The notes beneath the pieces were generated by a model. The model searched no databases, was not told the DNA's origin, and was given only the letters and a program-made list of their open reading frames with translations. From the NCBI GenBank assembly GCA_963677925.2, contig CAXXYH010000004.1, positions 1,856,001-1,920,000 on the forward strand: a DNA stretch of 64,000 bases, read 5' to 3'. Within the stretch, counting starts at the first letter, position 1; every line of letters starts with the position of its first letter. The position numbers and the translations under genes are program-made. Source of the DNA: Spirochaetia bacterium (GTDB taxonomy: Bacteria; Spirochaetota; Spirochaetia; UBA9216). Positions 58,453 through 64,000 of this stretch are shown piece after piece.

Positions 58453-59736
58453 TTATAATCCGAATGCAGATTTAAGATCTTCAACCTGTTCATCACTGAT
58501 GAAAACTATCTCTCCCAGTTTTTTTGCGGCCAGAACAGCTTTTGCACTGAACTCTGCAACTTCAAGGCGGTCAAAGGCATTGAGAAGATTGCTTCCGGTA
58601 ACAAGAAGTGAATTATTTCTGAATATAATAAGCGGAGATTTTGTTGAGATTTTATCGGCAACTCCCTCCCTGTCGGTAAAAGATGAACCGTAGGGCATCA
58701 GCGGAATATCTCTGAGCATTACATAACACTCTGGAATAGTTCTTGTATCAAATTCGGTGTTGGTAATGCCGAAAGCCATTATATTCGGCGGATGAGCAAT
58801 TATAATCGAGTTTATTTCAGGATTCTTCTGATAAATCAGTCTGTGCAGGGCTGCTGAACGGCTTGGACTCTTTCCGGATTCTCTTTTTCCTTCATTCACA
58901 AGTACGAGATCATCAATTTCCATATACTTTCTGTCCATATTGTAAGGAGTGATGATAAATGAATCATTTCCGGTTCTTGATGAAAAGGTGCCCTCAGTAC
59001 TTGTAAAAAGTTTCTGATCATAAGCCCGGTGTATCAGCGTGATCATCTCTCGCCGCAGCCTCTTTTCCTCTGAGCTGTGATAATCCGGAGTAAATTCGGG
59101 AAGAACTGCTAATTCCGCCTTATTCATTGATAGCTGTTCATCAGTAAGATCTACTGCTTTACCCATCCGGGCGGCTTTAATCTGAAGCCGTGCACAGAAG
59201 TCCAGGGTCTCAAACCTTTCAAAGGCCTGAAAGAGAGTGTCTCCGGCAATCAGGACTCCATGGTTCTCCAGCATAATTATATTAGCACCGGTTTCAAGTT
59301 CGGCGGCTATATTCTTTCCTAGTTCTTCAGTACCGGGGGTGGCGTAGGGCGCCATTCGTATATCTCCGCAGACCCTGTAGGCTGTCGGGTTTATGCGGGT
59401 ATTGGGAATTGTCCTGGTTATACTGTAGGCGACAAGTGCCGGCGGGTGGGCATGAAGCACAGCCTTGATTTCGGGTCTGCTTTTATAGGCCGCCAGGTGA
59501 AACGGATACTCGGAAGACGGTCTTAAAGCTCCGATAAATTTTCCGTCGGGTTTTATACAGACTATATCTTCAGTTACCAGAGAACCCTTGTCCTTCCCGG
59601 CAGGAGTTATCCAGACATCGCCGTTTTCATCCATAATGGAGAGGTTTCCTCCGGATGTTGTGGTCATACCGTATCCGTAGATTCTGTCCATTATCATTAT
59701 AAGCTGTTCTGCGGGATGGTGAAGGCTGAAATCCAT
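58453..59736 (-). CDS. Class II aldolase/adducin family protein with two tandem domains
   Basis: Domain 1: SGGNLS, PSSEYPFH, HAHPP, ENHG. Domain 2: EGTFS, PSRSAALH, IAHPP. Confidence 0.9.
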   Translation of the reverse strand: MDFSLHHPAEQLIMIMDRIYGYGMTTTSGGNLSIMDENGDVWITPAGKDKGSLVTEDIVCIKPDGKFIGALRPSSEYPFHLAAYKSRPEIKAVLHAHPPALVAYSITRTIPNTRINPTAYRVCGDIRMAPYATPGTEELGKNIAAELETGANIIMLENHGVLIAGDTLFQAFERFETLDFCARLQIKAARMGKAVDLTDEQLSMNKAELAVLPEFTPDYHSSEEKRLRREMITLIHRAYDQKLFTSTEGTFSSRTGNDSFIITPYNMDRKYMEIDDLVLVNEGKRESGKSPSRSAALHRLIYQKNPEINSIIIAHPPNIMAFGITNTEFDTRTIPECYVMLRDIPLMPYGSSFTDREGVADKISTKSPLIIFRNNSLLVTGSNLLNAFDRLEVAEFSAKAVLAAKKLGEIVFISDEQVEDLKSAFGL

Positions 59737-59809
59737 GTTATGCTCCTTAATACTTTATATAAAAAGATTAAATGATACGGAAGCTGTTATCAAGTTTCCG
59801 CCCGTCCAT

Positions 59810-60799
59810 TCAGACTATTCCGTAACTGATCACAGTGTATGCAACATAAAGCGCTAAAAGCAGTAAACCGTGCCACCTCTTCACGTGGGTCTTTGAGAAT
59901 AATGTAATGAGCCTGAATACCAGAAGGATTCCAATCATTACAGGAAACTGCAGTTTGAAAAAGTATACCGGAACATGAAGACCTGCCGGTGTTACCGACG
60001 CAGCAGCGCCCACAACAAAGAGGACGTTGAGTATATCCGCGCCTATGACATTTCCGATAGCCAGGTCTCCATGGCCTCTTCTTGCTGCCGATATAGCAGT
60101 GACAAGTTCAGGGAGTGAGGTCCCGAAGGCGACAAGGGTTGCTGCTATTATGCTGTCGGGAATTCCTATTCTTTTTGCTGTTTCTTCAACTGTGGGAATC
60201 AGAACTTTTGATGAAATAATTATGAGTGCCGCACCAAGAGCTAGTTTCAGTAGTACTATCAGTACGGGTGATGCATCGGCTGTTTCGGTACTCACTTCAT
60301 CAACAGTGCCGTTCTTTGACCATTTGATGGAAATAACCATGTAAATAACTAGCAATGCGATAAGTATAAATCCGAATATCTGCGATATATTTCCAGCTAT
60401 AAGGCCTGTCGCCGCAAGCAGCAGTCCGGCTCCGAACTGAATCCAGCCCTGTCGGTTTACAATCCGTCTATCAAGAACAAGCGGAGAAATAAGTGCTGCA
60501 ATACCTATTATCAGTCCTGTGTCACAGATAATGGAACCGACAGCGTTTCCAAGTGCAAGATCGGGATTTCCCTGCAGTGCTGCTAATACAGATACGGATG
60601 CTTCCGGCAGGGTAGTGCCCAGGCTTACTATAGTAGCCCCTATCAGCAGTTTGGGAATGCCCCATCTGACTGAAAGGCTGACAGCCTCATCAACCAGAAT
60701 ATCAGCACCCTTTCCCAGCACATACAGTGTTGCAGCTATGATGATAAACAGGACTACAACAGCCTGTCCGTGGATAAAAGACGCCAGAAATTCTTCCAT
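59810..60799 (-). CDS. Ca2+/cation antiporter (YrbG/CaCA family)
   Basis: Alpha-repeats GTTLPE..GNAVGS and GTSLPE..GNVIG; ~10 TMs. Confidence 0.93.
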   Translation of the reverse strand: MEEFLASFIHGQAVVVLFIIIAATLYVLGKGADILVDEAVSLSVRWGIPKLLIGATIVSLGTTLPEASVSVLAALQGNPDLALGNAVGSIICDTGLIIGIAALISPLVLDRRIVNRQGWIQFGAGLLLAATGLIAGNISQIFGFILIALLVIYMVISIKWSKNGTVDEVSTETADASPVLIVLLKLALGAALIIISSKVLIPTVEETAKRIGIPDSIIAATLVAFGTSLPELVTAISAARRGHGDLAIGNVIGADILNVLFVVGAAASVTPAGLHVPVYFFKLQFPVMIGILLVFRLITLFSKTHVKRWHGLLLLALYVAYTVISYGIV

Positions 60800-60841
60800 A
60801 AAAAATTACTCCCTCTCTCTAATATTAGCTTTTTAATACCT

Positions 60842-60893
60842 AAAAAAAAAGACCTTTATCCCTGCACAAATCTTATGCATGGATAAAGGTCTT
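60842..60893 (-). terminator. Riboswitch expression-platform terminator
   Basis: On -: AAGACCTTTATCC..GGATAAAGGTC-T9; its 5' arm overlaps the 3' strand of aptamer P1. Confidence 0.9.
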
Positions 60894-60984
60894 GCATTTC
60901 CTGAATAAGGAACTAACTGCCCGGGCTTTTATTGCCGTATTGACGAACAGTTAAAACAGTCACCTGTCAGCTACTCCCCTTTAT
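60883..60984 (-). ncRNA. yybP-ykoY manganese riboswitch
   Basis: On -: AUAAAGGGGAGUAGC..CGUCAAUACG..GCAAGACCUUUAU, the hallmark L1 and L3 motifs. Confidence 0.92.
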
Positions 60985-61066
60985 TACTTTGGATAATTTA
61001 ACAGAAAAATTAATATTAGTCCAATATTAATTTGCTAAGCAGATCTGTTTTTCATACTCTATATAT

Positions 61067-61813
61067 ATGGATGATTTTTCAGGAAAAAAAATATTTATAC
61101 TTTACCCGGATAAACAGTTAAGAGATAAAATATTTCACGGCTATTTGAGAGACCAGTTTGAAATATATTATCTTTCAGACCATGAAAAAATACGTGCTTT
61201 GATGGAATTCTATCCGGGCAGTATTCTATGTATAAATCTGATTAAAAACGATTTCAGCTGGCTTGCGAAGGATGTTTACGAGCAGCTATCCGATTTAGAA
61301 TATGAGCATAAGATTACCATGATTTCTCTATATGAGGATCTGCCTCCAGAAACCGATTTCTGGGATGCTTCAGTCTGCTGTCATGGGGAGTCCGAAATCG
61401 TTATAGAGGACCTGCGCAATACTTTCACAAGGTTCGGGGGCAAGGGCAGGAGAAATTTTGTAAGATACGGAGGGTACGGAGAAACTGTAGCCGGAATCAA
61501 GGTTATTCTGCCGGCAATGGTTGCGGAAGGCCATGTTCATGATATAAGCGCTCTCGGATTATCCTGCAGTCTTCCGGATCAAAGCGAGATCCCCGTCTCT
61601 GATGAACTTTTGGAAATAAGATTGGATCTTGGCGCTGAGCACCTCTATCTTAAAGCAATGAAGAACCTTGAACGCAAGATCACAGGCCGAAAAATACATG
61701 TCATGATATTTGATCGTAACATGGATTCTGAAAATCAGAGAGCCTTGTATAATTTTATACACAGCTCGCTTGATGCCGGTATGAATGAATTTATAAAAAA
61801 TCTATCTGATTGA
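61067..61813 (+). CDS. PilZ domain protein (spirochaete type)
   Basis: RRNFVR (RxxxR) and DISALG (DxSxxG) both intact. Confidence 0.82.
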   Translation: MDDFSGKKIFILYPDKQLRDKIFHGYLRDQFEIYYLSDHEKIRALMEFYPGSILCINLIKNDFSWLAKDVYEQLSDLEYEHKITMISLYEDLPPETDFWDASVCCHGESEIVIEDLRNTFTRFGGKGRRNFVRYGGYGETVAGIKVILPAMVAEGHVHDISALGLSCSLPDQSEIPVSDELLEIRLDLGAEHLYLKAMKNLERKITGRKIHVMIFDRNMDSENQRALYNFIHSSLDAGMNEFIKNLSD

Positions 61814-61921
61814 CAGATACAGTTTTAGATAATATTCTGTAGAGGCTCTGATGGAAGGTTTTACTGACCTGAGGTGTAAAATGAACATCACTTCAATAAC
61901 CTTCCTCCAGAAGGAGGACAG
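61810..61921 (+). promoter_or_regulatory. Promoter and structured 5' leader with anti-SD/anti-anti-SD
   Basis: TTGACA-N17-TATTCT; GGAAGGTT/AACCTTCC stem competes with CTTCCT/AGGAGG. Confidence 0.55.
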
Positions 61922-62194
61922 ATGAGCCAGACAGAAAAACGATACGCATTTACCGGAATTATAATCCAGGAGCGCGAAAAAAGTGCATCTGCGGTGCAGC
62001 AGATAATTTCTGAATATTCTACTATTATAATGGGTAGAATGGGCCTTCCTAATATAGACAACGGAAAACTTTCAATAATTACTCTTATCCTCCATGCCAA
62101 TACAGACGAAATAGGTGCATTTACAGGTAAACTCGGAAGAATTGACGGGGTAACTGTTAAAACCGGTATCAGCAAAACGATTGAACCGGAATAA
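61922..62194 (+). CDS. TM1266-family ACT-like putative regulator
   Basis: GIIIQER..VQQIISEYSTIIMGRMGLP..DEIGAFTGKLGRIDGVTVK. Confidence 0.88.
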   Translation: MSQTEKRYAFTGIIIQEREKSASAVQQIISEYSTIIMGRMGLPNIDNGKLSIITLILHANTDEIGAFTGKLGRIDGVTVKTGISKTIEPE

Positions 62195-62214
62195 AATTTT
62201 TAAAGGATGATCGA

Positions 62215-63198
62215 ATGACACGAGGAGAAACAGGTATTAAAAAAGTAATACTAACTGTTCTGCTGACTGCAGTTCTTTCTGCTGCAGCTGTATTGCCCGC
62301 TGCTGCAGAGGATATTACAGTGACAGTGGCTGCATTAAAGGGGCCTTCAGGTTTTGCTGCTGCAGGGCTGCTGAAAGAGAATTTCCAGCCGGGCTACGGA
62401 GTACGGGCCGAATACATAATTGTATCATCGCCTGTTGAAGCTATAGCCAAAATGACAAGCGGCCAGGCCGATGCTGTATTTCTGCCGGTAAATACCGCAG
62501 CAAAGCTCTATTCAAAGGGCCCAGGTTTTAAACTTGCTGCTGTAAGCGGTCTTGGCTCACTATACATGGTTTCATCGGACCCTGCCGTTAAGGAGTGGGC
62601 AGATCTCAAAGGAAAGAAGATTTTTATAACAGGTAAGGGCGCAACCCCCGACTATCTGCTGCGGTATATTCTTGAAAAGAACGGGCTTAATCCCGATAGT
62701 GATGTTACACTTGATTTTACGGCTCAGGCTCCGCAGGTTGCCCAGCTGCTGATCGCCGGAAAAGCTGATACTGCTTTTATTCCGCAGCCCTTTGTCATGC
62801 AGACTGGTATGAAAAATCCTGCAGTTAAAATTGTTCTTGACCCGCAGGAAGAACTCATGGATATCAGAGGAGGGGATGAAGCCTTTCCTTTCACAGCCTT
62901 CGTAATTAGTCCAAGACTTGCGGTTGAAAACACCGGGGCAGCGAGGGCACTTTCTGCAGCACTTGAGCGTTCGATAAACTGGGTTATTGAAGATCCAAAG
63001 GCAGCCGGAATGGTTATCGAAGAATACGGTATAATGGCAGCAGCAACTGCTCAGAGTGCAATTCCTCTAACGGGCATCAAGTACATCTCAGCACAGGATG
63101 CAAAATCCGATGTGGTTGACTTTCTTGGTATGTTCATGGAAATGGATCCTGTATCCCTTGGAGGCTCCCTGCCTGATGAAGGTTTTTACTTCAAGTAA
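62215..63198 (+). CDS. ABC substrate-binding protein, NitT/TauT (SsuA/THI5-like)
   Basis: Signal peptide, LKGPSG, LPVNTAAKLY, DLKGKKI..GKGATPD, IPQPF, LPDEGFY. Confidence 0.9.
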   Translation: MTRGETGIKKVILTVLLTAVLSAAAVLPAAAEDITVTVAALKGPSGFAAAGLLKENFQPGYGVRAEYIIVSSPVEAIAKMTSGQADAVFLPVNTAAKLYSKGPGFKLAAVSGLGSLYMVSSDPAVKEWADLKGKKIFITGKGATPDYLLRYILEKNGLNPDSDVTLDFTAQAPQVAQLLIAGKADTAFIPQPFVMQTGMKNPAVKIVLDPQEELMDIRGGDEAFPFTAFVISPRLAVENTGAARALSAALERSINWVIEDPKAAGMVIEEYGIMAAATAQSAIPLTGIKYISAQDAKSDVVDFLGMFMEMDPVSLGGSLPDEGFYFK

Positions 63199-63937
63199 AA
63201 AGAAATTTATACCCGGAATTCTGACCGCTGCCGTTCTGCTTGTCATATGGAAGCTTGCTGCGGTCAGAATCAATATCCCCATCATTGTTCCGGCTCCGGA
63301 AGCTGTTATCTTGAGGTTCTCGGAAATTGCAGTTACTGCTGAATTCCGTGAAGCCCTGGGGCATACAGCCCTGAGAACACTGCTGGGCTTTGTCATTTCA
63401 TTCACTGCCGGCTTTGTAACCGGAATAGCCTGCGGTTCAAACCGGACTATTAATTCTGCTCTTTCGCCTGTAATAACCATAATCAGAACTGTTCCAGTGA
63501 TGTCGGTCATAATTCTGGCAATGATATGGTTTAAAACTGATATGGTTCCGGTTTTTGTCTGTTTTCTGATGGTATTTCCAATAATAACGGCCAATGTAAC
63601 CGAGGGTATAAGGAGCATTGACCCGGCACTGGTAGAGATGGGCCAGGTTTTCAGGCTCTCCTCCCGGGACATTCTTTTCCATATAACTGTTCCATCGGTG
63701 GTTCCCTTCATCCTTTCAGGTGTACGGGCCAGTGTGGGCGTTGCCTGGAAATCAGTAATTGCCGCTGAGGTCTTAAGCCAGCCGGTAAGGGCTATAGGCT
63801 CCGGGATGCAGTTTGCCCAGATGAACCTTGAAACTGCCGAGGTAATTGCCTGGACATTGACTGCAGTTATTTTAAGCTGGCTGAGTGAAAGAATACTTGA
63901 TTTCATTTCGGCAGGATTTATCAGGGGAGGTGCATGA
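63176..63937 (+). CDS. ABC permease, NitT/TauT family
   Basis: IRTVPVMSVIIL, EGIRSIDPALVEMG, AWKSVIAAEVL; GGAGG before ATG 63176. Confidence 0.92.
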   Translation: MKVFTSSKKKFIPGILTAAVLLVIWKLAAVRINIPIIVPAPEAVILRFSEIAVTAEFREALGHTALRTLLGFVISFTAGFVTGIACGSNRTINSALSPVITIIRTVPVMSVIILAMIWFKTDMVPVFVCFLMVFPIITANVTEGIRSIDPALVEMGQVFRLSSRDILFHITVPSVVPFILSGVRASVGVAWKSVIAAEVLSQPVRAIGSGMQFAQMNLETAEVIAWTLTAVILSWLSERILDFISAGFIRGGA

Positions 63938-64000
63938 TGGATGCTGCAGTGAAGATTTCAGATGTCAGTTTTAAGTATCCCGGCAGTAAAGAGCCGATAT
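63934..64000 (+). CDS. Probable ABC ATP-binding protein, 3'-truncated
   Basis: ATGA overlap, GGAGG SD, MMDAAVKISDVSFKYPG. Confidence 0.7.
   Translation, partial: MMDAAVKISDVSFKYPGSKEPI

Noticed and set aside
1-64000. Many 60-270 aa antisense or alternate-frame ORFs in the track (e.g. 25954-26559, 28527-29177, 63088-63906)
   Set aside because: They lie within well-supported genes, have no SD or recognisable motifs, and are the expected shadow ORFs.
1-64000. CRISPR array, tRNA/rRNA, IS, integrase or prophage genes
   Set aside because: I saw no repeat-spacer periodicity, cloverleaf motifs or mobility-gene motifs by eye; intergenic gaps are all under ~270 nt.

Overview
64 kb of chromosome from a free-living, probably anaerobic Spirochaetales bacterium. 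This is inferred from the rho-rpmE-galK-surE-TPR-NHL gene block, DUF6675-like, HD-GYP and PilZ proteins of spirochaete type, an alpha2 GlyRS and a GTP-type PEPCK. Positions 1-32.6 kb are mostly core genes: rho, rpmE, pckG, an oxaloacetate carboxyltransferase, clpS-clpA-aat with clpA broken by two compensating indels, a YtrA-type ABC operon, gltX, glyQS and tyrS. Positions ~32.7-46.6 kb are a patchwork of accessory singletons, including a sigma-region-4-HTH/HNH nuclease. Positions 46.7-55.3 kb hold a LysR-controlled flavin reductase plus an Opp/Dpp-type ABC importer. The end of the window carries an MCP, a yybP-ykoY (Mn2+) riboswitch on a CaCA antiporter, a PilZ protein and a TM1266-ABC operon. 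I saw no rRNA, tRNA, CRISPR array, integrase or transposase. The strongest unexplained signals are: (1) a candidate sRNA at ~58.33-58.44 kb behind four 11-bp-phased repeats; (2) a candidate translational RNA switch before the TM1266-ABC operon; (3) the sigma4-HNH nuclease; (4) a carboxyltransferase whose biotin-carrier lysine is replaced; (5) an unknown protein ending in the clamp-binding motif QLELF; (6) a soluble MCP fused to a solute-binding domain; (7) several pseudo-enzymes. All family calls come from motifs recognised by eye; no searches were run.
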